A DNA stretch of 64,000 nt from Candidatus Gottesmanbacteria bacterium (GCA_043798445.1 JAZDOQ010000007.1:4437-68436), one strand, 5' to 3'. Numbered from the stretch's first letter, positions 1-9,073 are shown. Numbers and translations are program-made. Notes: a model not told the origin generated them from the sequence alone.

Positions 1-29
1 AAGGAAGAATTACGTATCGTGTCAGATAA
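1..29 (+). CDS. infA: translation initiation factor IF-1, extreme 3' end (gene starts outside the window)
   Basis: Frame 3 reads GRITYRVR then stop, matching the conserved IF-1 C-terminus. It lies directly upstream of rpmJ, as in the canonical cluster. Confidence 0.6.
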
Positions 30-33
30 ACCT

Positions 34-147
34 ATGAAAGTCCGAGCAAGCGTAAAAAAAATGTGTAATAAATGTAAAATCGTTCGTCGACGCGGACGGG
101 TGTTTGTGATTTGTGAAAATCCAAAACACAAACAACGACAAGGATAA
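34..147 (+). CDS. rpmJ: 50S ribosomal protein L36 (37 aa, below the ORF-track cutoff)
   Basis: Hand translation gives [37 protein letters not shown], a typical L36 with a Cys-rich zinc motif, located between infA and rpsM. Confidence 0.95.
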   Translation: MKVRASVKKMCNKCKIVRRRGRVFVICENPKHKQRQG

Positions 148-155
148 CAATTATT

Positions 156-572
156 ATGGCACGTATTGCAGGAGTTGATATTCCAAACGAAAAACGACTT
201 GATATAGCCCTCACGTATATTTACGGCATTGGCCGAACCAACGTTTCTGCCGTAATGAAAGCAGCAAATATTGAACCTTCCCGAAGAGCAAATACCCTTA
301 CTGATGAAGAAATCAGTCATATAGCTAAAGTTATTGAAAAAACCTGTGTCGTAGAAGGAAGCCTTCGACAACTCATTGCGCAAAACATCAAACGCCTTCG
401 GGAAATCGGATCATATCGAGGACTTCGACATGCGAAAAAATTACCTCTTCGTGGACAGCGGACACGGTCAAATGCCAGAACGAGGAGAGGTCGGAGATTA
501 ACCGTCGGAGCAATGAAGAAAGATGATCGGGCAAAAGTAGATACGAAGACAACTGAAGGATCAAAGAAATAA
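156..572 (+). CDS. rpsM: 30S ribosomal protein S13
   Basis: The ORF starts MARIAGVDIPNEKR and contains SYRGLRH, both S13 signatures. Confidence 0.97.
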   Translation: MARIAGVDIPNEKRLDIALTYIYGIGRTNVSAVMKAANIEPSRRANTLTDEEISHIAKVIEKTCVVEGSLRQLIAQNIKRLREIGSYRGLRHAKKLPLRGQRTRSNARTRRGRRLTVGAMKKDDRAKVDTKTTEGSKK

Positions 573-587
573 AGGACAAAAAACCGT

Positions 588-959
588 ATGGCAACAACAA
601 AAACACCAAAGGTCGTTGAACGAGGAAAAGTCTTTATTACGGCAACATTTAATAATACGCTCGTGACAATCACTGATGTAGCAGGCAATGTATTGTATTG
701 GAGCACATCAGGTTTGGTTGGATTTAAAGGTGCGAGGAAAGCAACACCATTTGCTGCCACTTCAGCTATGGAATCAATTGGAAGAAAAGCACTCGATAAC
801 GGCATGCGGGATGTAGAAGTGTTTATCAAAGGACCGGGTGCTGGCCGTGACGCAGCACTTCGTGCGCTTCGCGCTGTAGGACTTAACATTACGCTTATTG
901 CAGATGTGACGCCGATTCCACATAACGGGGTACGGCCGAAGAAAAAGAGGAGAGTATAA
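588..959 (+). CDS. rpsK: 30S ribosomal protein S11
   Basis: Contains the S11 signature [12 protein letters not shown]...[14 protein letters not shown]. Confidence 0.97.
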   Translation: MATTKTPKVVERGKVFITATFNNTLVTITDVAGNVLYWSTSGLVGFKGARKATPFAATSAMESIGRKALDNGMRDVEVFIKGPGAGRDAALRALRAVGLNITLIADVTPIPHNGVRPKKKRRV

Positions 960-963
960 CACT

Positions 964-1584
964 ATGGCACGATATACCGGACCAAAAAATAGATTAGCTC
1001 GTCGGGAAGGCATGGATTTAGGCCTGAAGACAATCGGATCTCATGCACACGTATCCATGTTGAAACGACTCACTATTATTCCTGGTCAGCATGGAGTAAA
1101 AGGCCGTAGAAAGGTAACAGGATACGGAATACAACTAAGGGAAAAACAAAAAGTGAAACGCATTTATGGAGTTCTTGAGAAACAATTTAGAAAAGTGTTT
1201 GCGGAAGCAAAAAAATGGAAGGGGAACACAGGAGAAAAACTGCTCGAATTTTTGGAACGGCGCCTTGATAATGTGTTGTATCGGATGAATATTGCACCAA
1301 CACGTGCGTCAGCCAGGCAATGCGTGAGTCATGGACATGTATTTGTGAACGGAAAAAAATTAAATATTCCTTCCTATAGAGTGGATGTTGATGATGTTAT
1401 AACATTGGATTCCAAAGGAATGGAAATTCCAGCAATAAAAAAACTCCTTGATGAAAAAAGTCCGCTCATGGCAGCATGGGTCGAGAGAAAAGGACCAGCG
1501 GGGAAAGTCGTACGGCTTCCAGAGCGCACCGATGTATCAGAAGACATGCAGGAACAATTAATTGTTGAGTTTTATTCACGGTAG
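964..1584 (+). CDS. rpsD: 30S ribosomal protein S4
   Basis: Starts MARYTGPKNRLARREG and carries an S4 RNA-binding domain. Confidence 0.97.
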   Translation: MARYTGPKNRLARREGMDLGLKTIGSHAHVSMLKRLTIIPGQHGVKGRRKVTGYGIQLREKQKVKRIYGVLEKQFRKVFAEAKKWKGNTGEKLLEFLERRLDNVLYRMNIAPTRASARQCVSHGHVFVNGKKLNIPSYRVDVDDVITLDSKGMEIPAIKKLLDEKSPLMAAWVERKGPAGKVVRLPERTDVSEDMQEQLIVEFYSR

Positions 1585-1597
1585 AAGGAGGAAAATT

Positions 1598-2518
1598 ATG
1601 GCAGATCCAAATTTTTTGATTAAAACAGAAGTGGAAGAGAAAGCATATGGAAGATATTCTATCGAACCTCTTGCACAAGGATACGGACAAACATTAGGAA
1701 ATAGTTTACGCCGCGTGCTTTTAACATCTCTTTCCGGGTCAGCTATCACATCCGTCAAAATTGAAGGTGTGAAACATCAATATACAACGCTTCCTGGACT
1801 CAAAGAAGATATTGTTGAATTTCTATTAAATGTTAAAAAGATTCGGTTAACTATTGAAGGCGATGAAATGGGAAAAATGACACTTTCCAAAAAAGGTCCG
1901 GGAGAAATTACAGCAGGAGACATCGAGGCAGCTGCTGGTATAACGATTGTTAATCCGGAATTAGTTCTTGGAACACTTGCCGACAAAAAAGCAGAGATTA
2001 TCATGGAACTTACCGCACAAAAAGGATTTGGATATATGACGGCAGATGAACAACACCTTGATGAAATTGGTGTTATTCCTCTTGATGCTCTCTATACACC
2101 AATTATTCGAGTAAACTATCGGGTAGAAGCAACTCGTGTTGGCAGGATGACGAACCTTGATAAATTAGTACTTGATATCTGGACAGATGGAGCAACAGCT
2201 CCTTTTGCCGCACTTAAAAATTCAGCAAAAATTCTTGCATCATATTTTGCTCAGATTTATGACCCAAAAGTAATTGGCGTCGAGGAAACAAAAGTTATTT
2301 CTCCGCTCGTATCAGATGAAGTATTGAAAATGCGTATTGAAGAGCTGGATATCCCAACCCGAATTGTGAATGCATTATCAAATGGGGGAATCGAAACAAT
2401 CGGACAACTCTTAAGTACGCCAAATGCAGAACTCATGAAGATTAAAAATCTTGGTGCAAAATCACTCACGATCATTGAAGAAAAATTGAAGGAAAAGGAT
2501 GTTTCTTTAGAAGTCTAA
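1598..2518 (+). CDS. rpoA: DNA-directed RNA polymerase subunit alpha
   Basis: ATG at 1598 follows a GGAGGA ribosome-binding site. The N-terminal assembly domain and the C-terminal domain (IPTRIVNAL...LGAKSL) are both present. The longer ORF-track start at 1562 overlaps rpsD. Confidence 0.95.
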   Translation: MADPNFLIKTEVEEKAYGRYSIEPLAQGYGQTLGNSLRRVLLTSLSGSAITSVKIEGVKHQYTTLPGLKEDIVEFLLNVKKIRLTIEGDEMGKMTLSKKGPGEITAGDIEAAAGITIVNPELVLGTLADKKAEIIMELTAQKGFGYMTADEQHLDEIGVIPLDALYTPIIRVNYRVEATRVGRMTNLDKLVLDIWTDGATAPFAALKNSAKILASYFAQIYDPKVIGVEETKVISPLVSDEVLKMRIEELDIPTRIVNALSNGGIETIGQLLSTPNAELMKIKNLGAKSLTIIEEKLKEKDVSLEV

Positions 2519-2522
2519 GCGT

Positions 2523-3029
2523 ATGCGTCATACATATTTTGGAAAAAAATTATCTCGAACAACAGATCAACGCAAACAACTATTGCGGAATCTCGCATGT
2601 GATTTAATAAAACATGGACAAATGAAGACCACAAAAGCAAAAGCAATTGCGGTGCGGGCAAAGGTTGAGAAGTTGATAACGAGAGCCAAAAAAGGAAATC
2701 AATTTGCATACCGGTTAGTGCTTGCAGAGCTTGGGAATGCAACGGCCGCAAAACAATTAGTAGAAGATGCAAAACTGAGATTTTCAGGAAGAAATAGTGG
2801 ATATACACGAATTTTACGGTTTGGGTTGTCAGGAAGTGACGCGAGGGATCTCGTACAATTGTCTTTTGTTGATCCGCGAATCGAAACTGAAGTAATCAAA
2901 CCTGTTGAGAAAAAAGATCCTACTATGAAAAAAGCTGTTACAAAAAAACTGGTAAGAAATAACTATGAGAACACAATTTACGAAAGCTACAAAGAAAAAA
3001 GAACTTACCCGCGCATGGCACGTGGTTGA
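2523..3029 (+). CDS. rplQ: 50S ribosomal protein L17 with a Lys-rich C-terminal extension
   Basis: Contains the L17 core MRHTYFGKKLSRTTDQRKQLLRNL...GYTRI. The tail overlaps rplM by 65 nt. Confidence 0.9.
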   Translation: MRHTYFGKKLSRTTDQRKQLLRNLACDLIKHGQMKTTKAKAIAVRAKVEKLITRAKKGNQFAYRLVLAELGNATAAKQLVEDAKLRFSGRNSGYTRILRFGLSGSDARDLVQLSFVDPRIETEVIKPVEKKDPTMKKAVTKKLVRNNYENTIYESYKEKRTYPRMARG

Positions 3030-3387
3030 TGTTAAAGGGAAAGTGTTGGGATATGTTGCAACAGAGATTGCAATGAAATTGCTTGGAAAAAGCAAACCAA
3101 ATTATACAGCAAATCTTGATTGTGGTGATTCAGTGGTAGTTATTAATTGTGCACTCGTTGAAGTTACCGGGAAAAAAGAAAAAGAAAAGATGTATGGTAA
3201 TTATTCCGGATATCCTGGAGGACTCAAAGAAAAAGCATTGTGGCAAGTTCGGAAAGAAAAACCAACAGAGATTATAAGACATGCAGTGTGGGGGATGCTG
3301 CCAAAAAATAAACTTCGGGATCGGTTAGTAACCCGTCTGTTCTTATTTGCTGATGAGAATCATCCGTATCAAAAAAATATTAAATAA
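2965..3387 (+). CDS. rplM: 50S ribosomal protein L13
   Basis: Contains the L13 pattern RAWHVVDVKGKVLGYVATEIA...YSGYPGGL. Confidence 0.93.
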   Translation: MRTQFTKATKKKELTRAWHVVDVKGKVLGYVATEIAMKLLGKSKPNYTANLDCGDSVVVINCALVEVTGKKEKEKMYGNYSGYPGGLKEKALWQVRKEKPTEIIRHAVWGMLPKNKLRDRLVTRLFLFADENHPYQKNIK

Positions 3388-3396
3388 CTCTTAGTT

Positions 3397-3855
3397 ATGG
3401 AAAAAACAACCAAACCAGAACAACCGTTATATTACGAAGCAGTTGGTCGAAGAAAAACATCAACCGCTCGGATCCGTATGCACGTTGTTAAAGATGAAAA
3501 AGCAACGATTGCTGGAAAAGAAATGGAAAAAGGAGAAATCATTGTGAATGATCGACCAGTCGAAAATTATTTTCCAGGAGAAGTGTTGAAAAAAATGTAT
3601 ATGGAACCATTCCGTACAACTAATACCGTAAATCGGTTTGCAATAACAATTAAAACAAATGGTGGCGGATTATACAGCCAGCTTGGTGCTGTTATTCATG
3701 GTATATCCAGGGCGCTTGAAAAGGTGGATAAGGAAAAATTCCGTCCAATCTTGAAGAAACGTGGATTCATGACCCGTGACCCACGGGCAAAAGAACGAAG
3801 AAAAGCAGGATTTGCTGGGAAAGCCCGTGCACGGAAACAATCTCCAAAACGGTAA
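3397..3855 (+). CDS. rpsI: 30S ribosomal protein S9
   Basis: Contains GRRKTSTARI and GGGLYSQLGAVIHGISRAL, and ends in the typical KR terminus. Confidence 0.95.
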   Translation: MEKTTKPEQPLYYEAVGRRKTSTARIRMHVVKDEKATIAGKEMEKGEIIVNDRPVENYFPGEVLKKMYMEPFRTTNTVNRFAITIKTNGGGLYSQLGAVIHGISRALEKVDKEKFRPILKKRGFMTRDPRAKERRKAGFAGKARARKQSPKR

Positions 3856-3901
3856 CAAGGTTTTGCCTATTTGCAATATCTCTCAACAGTAGGGTACCAT
3901 T

Positions 3902-4255
3902 ATGGGTATGGTAGCCACCGTATTTTATTTTATTGCGTCCTTTTTAGGGGATATTCTTGCCTATATTTTTTACCAGCAATATATAGATGGGCATAAAAAG
4001 AATCCGTTATTGCTTGTTTATGCAATCATATCTGCATTTTTTGTATGGTTCTTTATTTTTAAAATACAGGATAAAGGCCAGACACTTCGGTTGTTTGTTC
4101 CTTTGTGGGCTGCAGGAACAGCGGTATTCGGGTATTTCGCAATGGGGGTCGCGACGAAGACATCACTAAAAGAGATGTTGAGTCTACAAGCTATTTTTTC
4201 TGTTGCATGTATTGGTGTCGGTATCTATCTCCTTCAGAGGTTAATAACACATTAG
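3902..4255 (+). CDS. small integral membrane protein, about 4 TM segments, function unknown
   Basis: Four hydrophobic stretches are visible in the translation. No recognisable motif. Confidence 0.45.
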   Translation: MGMVATVFYFIASFLGDILAYIFYQQYIDGHKKNPLLLVYAIISAFFVWFFIFKIQDKGQTLRLFVPLWAAGTAVFGYFAMGVATKTSLKEMLSLQAIFSVACIGVGIYLLQRLITH

Positions 4256-5256
4256 GAGCCGAGTACGCGTTGATAGGCAATGCTCGCAAGAGTTTCAACA
4301 AATTGGTCATAGGTCCATTTGAGTGTATAGACAGAGGCAAGCGTTGCATCTTCTTCGTCATAATAATTTAAACTTGGATTCATGTTGACGTCGACAATAT
4401 ATGGGATATTTTTGGAATCAATCCGAAAATCAAATCGTGCAATATCACGACAGGTAAATGTTGTATATGCTTTTATGGAAAGCTCCTGTATTTTTTCATG
4501 TAAACGCGGAGAAAGTTTTGCAGGAGAATCAACGCGTGCGTTCCAATATTCCCATGACTTTTTATCCCACTTGGCTTCATAGGTATAAATACTCCATTTC
4601 TTTTTAAACTTTTTCCCAAACCCGATTTCACAGTAGGGAAGTGTCATTATATTGTTATCATTTCCTAAAATAGTGACATGGATTTCTCTCCCTTTTATAT
4701 ATTTTTCAACGATAACTTCTCCGGGATATTGGGCTAAAATATATTGAACGCGCTCCGTAAGTTGTGAGAAATTGTTAACAACAGAATCTTGTGAGATACC
4801 GATTCCTGCGTGTTGATGAGATGGTTTTACAATTAGTGGATACGACAAACTACCAGTTGTAATTTTTGATCTTCGGTTAAAAATTTTGTATGGAGGAGTA
4901 CTGATATACCCTTGAGTCATTTTTCTTTTTACCCATGCTTTATTTGTTGCATACCGAAAACTCTTCATATCGTGTCCCACTTGTGTTCTTCCCAATTGTT
5001 CTAATCGGTGACCAACCTGTAGATATAACTTCCAGCTGTCATCTTCAACTAAATTAAATACCACATCCCCGGGAAGTTTTACCACTCGTCGCCAATTTTT
5101 TGGTGTCACCGCTATTTTTTTAACGACATGACCGCGTTTTCGGAGTGCTTCAGCTATTCCTTTGGCACATAATCTTGTATCCTCATCGTCATCTTTGGGT
5201 CCGTTGTAATAAAGAATGAGAGCAGATAACGATGTACGAAATGAAATTGGTTTCAT
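4252..5256 (-). CDS. ATP-grasp protein of the D-alanine--D-alanine ligase family
   Basis: LIVKPSHQHAGIGIS and EVIVEKYIKGREIHVTILG are consistent with a Ddl-like ATP-grasp fold. The exact substrate cannot be called. Confidence 0.6.
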   Translation of the reverse strand: MKPISFRTSLSALILYYNGPKDDDEDTRLCAKGIAEALRKRGHVVKKIAVTPKNWRRVVKLPGDVVFNLVEDDSWKLYLQVGHRLEQLGRTQVGHDMKSFRYATNKAWVKRKMTQGYISTPPYKIFNRRSKITTGSLSYPLIVKPSHQHAGIGISQDSVVNNFSQLTERVQYILAQYPGEVIVEKYIKGREIHVTILGNDNNIMTLPYCEIGFGKKFKKKWSIYTYEAKWDKKSWEYWNARVDSPAKLSPRLHEKIQELSIKAYTTFTCRDIARFDFRIDSKNIPYIVDVNMNPSLNYYDEEDATLASVYTLKWTYDQFVETLASIAYQRVLGS

Positions 5257-5348
5257 GAATAACGGGGCAGGTGTAAAGATTTAAAAAAATATTAGATTAT
5301 AATAAGTATATAGAATGAATAGAAGAATAACAATTATTAAATCAGCAG

Positions 5349-5421
5349 TCGGGATGTGCGGGCTCGGACCGCAGACCTCACGCACCCCATGCGTGCGTTC
5401 TACCAACTGAACTACATCCCG
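5349..5421 (-). tRNA. tRNA-Pro (anticodon GGG), 73 nt, no encoded CCA
   Basis: Hand-folded cloverleaf on the minus strand: CGGGATG-TA-GTTC-AGTTGGTA-GAAC-G-CACGC-ATGGGGT-GCGTG-AGGTC-TGCGG-TCCGAGC-CCGCA-CATCCCG-A. U33, G37 and G18G19 are present. The T-loop reads TCCGAGC, so position 55 is C. Confidence 0.85.
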
Positions 5422-5693
5422 ATTTTTGGTTTTACATTTTTCTTTTCTAACAAATTGACAATAAGAGATTTTATTTGTTTTCCAAAACCCGTTTTATAAA
5501 ATAATTCTCGTTTCCTCGCATCTTCTTTACAAATATATGTTTCAAAATATTTTAATTCAAATGGTCCATTTTGTTTTGTCCACGTGTTAGTTCCGTAATT
5601 GTGTTGATTCGTTCTGATAGTTGGTAGTATACTCGTTGATCCAATATATATATATCCATTTTTTAGACTTTTTAGAAAATATGTATAGAACAT
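5412..5693 (-). CDS. GIY-YIG (URI-domain) nuclease family protein, 93 aa
   Basis: YTYFLKSLKNGYIYIGSTS...RTNQHN...RELFYK fits the GIY-YIG core. Its last codons ATC GGG ATG TAG are the first 10 nt of tRNA-Pro. Confidence 0.8.
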   Translation of the reverse strand: MFYTYFLKSLKNGYIYIGSTSILPTIRTNQHNYGTNTWTKQNGPFELKYFETYICKEDARKRELFYKTGFGKQIKSLIVNLLEKKNVKPKIGM

Positions 5694-5698
5694 AAGTA

Positions 5699-5752
5699 TT
5701 CTACCAACTGTCAGCCAAAGGCTGATCGGCCCTTGGCCGAAACTACATCCCG
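5699..5752 (-). repeat. Exact copy of tRNA-Pro positions 1-24, interrupted by a 30-nt insertion (5711-5740)
   Basis: The minus strand reads CGGGATGTAGTT + TCGGCCAAGGGCCGATCAGCCTTTGGCTGA + CAGTTGGTAGAA. The two flanks are identical to the first 24 nt of the downstream tRNA. Confidence 0.85.
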
Positions 5753-5849
5753 TGTGATATATTGTATTCTACCATCCGCTGTGCAAAAATGGTATGAAGC
5801 TTCAGTCATATAAATTTATTAATTTTTGCCCGAAATAAAGGAGTTTCTT

Positions 5850-6887
5850 ATGCCAGTTGATGCAAAACTTCAAGCAGTCCGTCTTGCAATGGATCAGATT
5901 GAAAAACAATATGGGAAAGGTTCCATCATGCGGTTTGGAGAGAGGTCAACGGACAAATTAGCAATCGATGTTATTTCAACTGGTATTCTTCCGCTTGACT
6001 TGGCTCTTGGTGTTGGTGGACTCCCAAGAGGCAGGATTGTTGAGATATACGGTCCTGAAGCATCTGGAAAAACAACAGTCTGTTTGTCAGTTATTTCGGA
6101 AGCACAAAAATTAGGCGGAACGGCAGCATTTATCGACGCAGAACATGCACTTGATCCATTATGGGCGCAGACTTTGGGAGTAAAACTTGAGGATCTCCTT
6201 ATTTCTCAACCGGATTCAGGAGAACAGGCGCTTGAAATTGCTGAGACGCTAATTCGTAGCGGTGGTATCGATGTCATCGTTGTTGATTCTGTCGCAGCTC
6301 TTGTCCCGAGAGCTGAGCTCGAGGGAGATATCGGAGACAGCATGATCGGTGTACAAGCCCGGCTCATGTCGCAAGCACTCCGTAGGTTAACTTCGGTTAT
6401 CTCCAAGTCAAAAACGGTCGTGATGTTTACCAATCAACTCCGACAAAAAATTGGTGTCATGTTTGGAAATCCGGAAACAACACCTGGAGGACTGGCAATG
6501 AAATTCTATGCATCCGTCAGGCTTGATTCGAGGAAAATCGAATCCCTGAAAGATGGAGACAAAGTCATCGGAAGCCGTCACCGGATCCGTGTGGTGAAAA
6601 ACAAGGTGGCTCCACCGTTTAGGATTGCCGAATTTGATGTCATGCATGATGGTATTTCCAAAGAGGGAGCACTCATTGACGTGGGACTTGAATTTAACAT
6701 CCTTTCCAAGGCTGGAGCATTCATTAAGCATGGAGCTCAGATGTTAGGACAAGGTAAAGAAGCAACAAAAGCATTCTTTAGGGAAAATCCAAAAGTTTCC
6801 AAAGAAATCAGTGAAGCTATCTGGAAAATCGTTCGATCAGGATCTGTTCAAACAAAGGTCGTGGTCGGCGGTGAAGAAGCAGAATGA
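5850..6887 (+). CDS. recA: recombinase RecA
   Basis: ATG at 5850 follows an AAGGAG site. Contains the Walker A motif GPEASGKTT and [11 protein letters not shown]. Confidence 0.97.
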   Translation: MPVDAKLQAVRLAMDQIEKQYGKGSIMRFGERSTDKLAIDVISTGILPLDLALGVGGLPRGRIVEIYGPEASGKTTVCLSVISEAQKLGGTAAFIDAEHALDPLWAQTLGVKLEDLLISQPDSGEQALEIAETLIRSGGIDVIVVDSVAALVPRAELEGDIGDSMIGVQARLMSQALRRLTSVISKSKTVVMFTNQLRQKIGVMFGNPETTPGGLAMKFYASVRLDSRKIESLKDGDKVIGSRHRIRVVKNKVAPPFRIAEFDVMHDGISKEGALIDVGLEFNILSKAGAFIKHGAQMLGQGKEATKAFFRENPKVSKEISEAIWKIVRSGSVQTKVVVGGEEAE

Positions 6888-7387
6888 ACGAAGAGCTTCA
6901 AAAACTCATAGGCGCAGCTATTGCGTACATATCTATCCACCCACGAAGTGAGGCGGAGATTCGTATCTATCTTCATAAGCGCGTGGTAAAGCTCCACATG
7001 CCTGAAACAGCCATTCCAATGGCTCTAGAACGCCTTCAAGAGCTTCGCCTTGTTGATGATGCAGCATATGCGAGAATGTTTGTGGAGAGCCGTATGAGAA
7101 GCCGTCCCAAGGGGGAGCGACTGATTCGGTTAGAGTTGAAAACAAAAGGTGTTCAACCTGACGTCATCGAAGCTGTTTGTGGAAAGCTGTTTGAGAAAAA
7201 CAGTGAGGGGTCTACTGAACTTAATCTTGCCAGGCGGGCAGTTGAGAAGAAATGGCGATTGTGGCAAAAATTGTCCTTTATGGACAAGAAACAAAAGATT
7301 TATCGGTATTTGGCCGCACGAGGATTTTCGTCGTCTGTTATCTATAATCTCATTGACGAACTGGTTGGAAATCACTACAATACGTAA
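6884..7387 (+). CDS. recX: recombination regulator RecX
   Basis: Joined to recA by an ATGA overlap. The repeated three-helix pattern and its position after recA fit RecX. Confidence 0.8.
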   Translation: MNEELQKLIGAAIAYISIHPRSEAEIRIYLHKRVVKLHMPETAIPMALERLQELRLVDDAAYARMFVESRMRSRPKGERLIRLELKTKGVQPDVIEAVCGKLFEKNSEGSTELNLARRAVEKKWRLWQKLSFMDKKQKIYRYLAARGFSSSVIYNLIDELVGNHYNT

Positions 7388-7540
7388 CCATAAGAAACCA
7401 AACGTAGATATATATTGATTGTAGGATTATGACAACACCTTTAGTACTATTTTCTCCTACCAACCAATCCGTCTAATTAATCATTAAGGACGGTCTATCT
7501 GCGTGGGTTTTTAACAGTGTATTTTTCTGGAGGAAAAACT

Positions 7541-9073
7541 ATGTTTGACGTACTAAAAACCTTATCAAGTCTCGTTAAGTCACGACCGACCGTGACAATA
7601 TCCACTAAAGCAACAATAAAAAAGCAAAGTTTAGAACAGGTAAAAGCGCAACCAGCTCAAGTTGCACAGGTGCAACTTGGAAAGGCCCAGGCCCAGGCGC
7701 AGGCTCAAGTGCAAGCGCAACTTGCCATGGCGCAAGCCCAGGCGCGTGAACTTATTGTTGAAGCAAAAGATGAAGCATACCGCATAAAGCGGGAATCTGA
7801 AGAAGAAGTGCGAAAACGACTTGATGTTATTGGAAAACGGGAGGGAGCTGTTGAAGAGAGAGAAAAGCATGTACATGATGTTGAAATTACTACACAAAAA
7901 CGATTGTCTGATGCTGAGACAATAAAAGTCGAACTGACAAATAAATTGGAGAAAGCTGCTCGGATGACAAGTGAAGATGCGAGGAAATTTGTTCTTGAGG
8001 AAGCGCAGGAAAAAATGAAACCGCTCGTCGCAAAAGAAATTAAAGAAGCATATATCCGGGCAAAGGAAGAATCCGAAAGTAAAGCGAAGGAAATATTGGT
8101 TGATGCAATGCGCCATGGAGCAACAGAGTATGTTGCTGAATACACCGTGTCTGTCATTAAGATTCCAGATGAAGATGTAAAAGGAAGAATTATTGGAAAA
8201 GAAGGACGGAATATCCGTGCTTTTGAAACAGCAACTGGCGTTGATGTTGATTTGGATGAAGAAGGGGTCATACGGCTTTCCTGTTTTGATCCGGTACGTC
8301 GTGAGATAGCTCGCGTTGCTTTAGAGAGATTACTCAAAGATGGTCGTGTACAACCGGGACGGATTGAGGAAATTATCGAACAGGTAAAAAAAGAAATTGA
8401 ACGCATCATGTTTGAAGAAGGACAAAAATTATGTCACGCTGTTGGTGTATACAATTTGCCGTCACCAATAGTTGCGACACTCGGCCGGTTTAAATACAGA
8501 TTCTCGTATGGACAAAACATGATTGCACATACGCTTGAGGAAACAAAGATTGGTATTGCGCTTGCAAAAGAAGTTGGTGTTGACGCAAACATTGTGAGAC
8601 TTGGCTGTTTGCTTCATGACATTGGAAAAGTTATTAACGACAAAGAGGGAAGTCATATTGAACTTGGGGTTGAGCTGTTGAAAAAATATGGGTTGCCGAC
8701 AATGGTCATCGACTGTGTTGCACAACATCATGAAGATACACCATTTACGAGTGCTGAGTCTATGCTTACTTATATTGCTGATGCAATATCAGGAAGTCGA
8801 CCAGGAGCTAGGTATGAAAATTATGATGAATATATCAAGCGGCTCAAAGATCTTGAAGATATCGCAAAAGCACATGAGGGGGTGAAAGAAGTGTTTGCAT
8901 TCCAAGCGGGTCGGGAACTTAGAGTCGCGGTTGATCCAGGGATGGTTGATGATGCAACGGCAACGATCATTGCGCAAAAAATTAAAGAAGAAATTGAAGA
9001 AAAAATTACATTCCCGGGTCAAATAAAAGTGACTGTGGTTCGGGAACTTCGCGCAATAGAAGTTGCACACTAA
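7541..9073 (+). CDS. rny: ribonuclease Y (KH + HD domains), without an N-terminal TM helix
   Basis: Contains the KH motif GRIIGKEGRNIRAFE and the HD motif LLHDIGK...AQHHE. ATG at 7541 follows GGAGGA. Confidence 0.9.
   Translation: MFDVLKTLSSLVKSRPTVTISTKATIKKQSLEQVKAQPAQVAQVQLGKAQAQAQAQVQAQLAMAQAQARELIVEAKDEAYRIKRESEEEVRKRLDVIGKREGAVEEREKHVHDVEITTQKRLSDAETIKVELTNKLEKAARMTSEDARKFVLEEAQEKMKPLVAKEIKEAYIRAKEESESKAKEILVDAMRHGATEYVAEYTVSVIKIPDEDVKGRIIGKEGRNIRAFETATGVDVDLDEEGVIRLSCFDPVRREIARVALERLLKDGRVQPGRIEEIIEQVKKEIERIMFEEGQKLCHAVGVYNLPSPIVATLGRFKYRFSYGQNMIAHTLEETKIGIALAKEVGVDANIVRLGCLLHDIGKVINDKEGSHIELGVELLKKYGLPTMVIDCVAQHHEDTPFTSAESMLTYIADAISGSRPGARYENYDEYIKRLKDLEDIAKAHEGVKEVFAFQAGRELRVAVDPGMVDDATATIIAQKIKEEIEEKITFPGQIKVTVVRELRAIEVAH

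Noticed and set aside
317-889. 190-aa minus-strand ORF across rpsM and rpsK.
   Set aside because: It is a shadow ORF antisense to two strongly supported ribosomal protein genes. Its composition is Ser/Arg/Pro-rich with no motif.
5412-5752. The idea that the GIY-YIG ORF sits in a group I intron of tRNA-Pro.
   Set aside because: The downstream tRNA copy is complete on its own. The break is in the D-arm rather than the anticodon loop. I could not find P-helix-like conserved intron elements in the short non-coding parts.
6884-6887. Alternative genetic code with UGA recoding, as in some candidate phyla.
   Set aside because: TGA ends well-defined genes at ATGA junctions (recA/recX, secD/secF, sufD/sufS), and conserved proteins have normal lengths. 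The standard bacterial code fits.
7705-8409. 234-aa minus-strand ORF (and 7631-8116) inside rny.
   Set aside because: It is antisense to the RNase Y coiled-coil and KH region. It is Ser-rich low complexity, typical of the reverse frame of Glu/Lys-rich genes.
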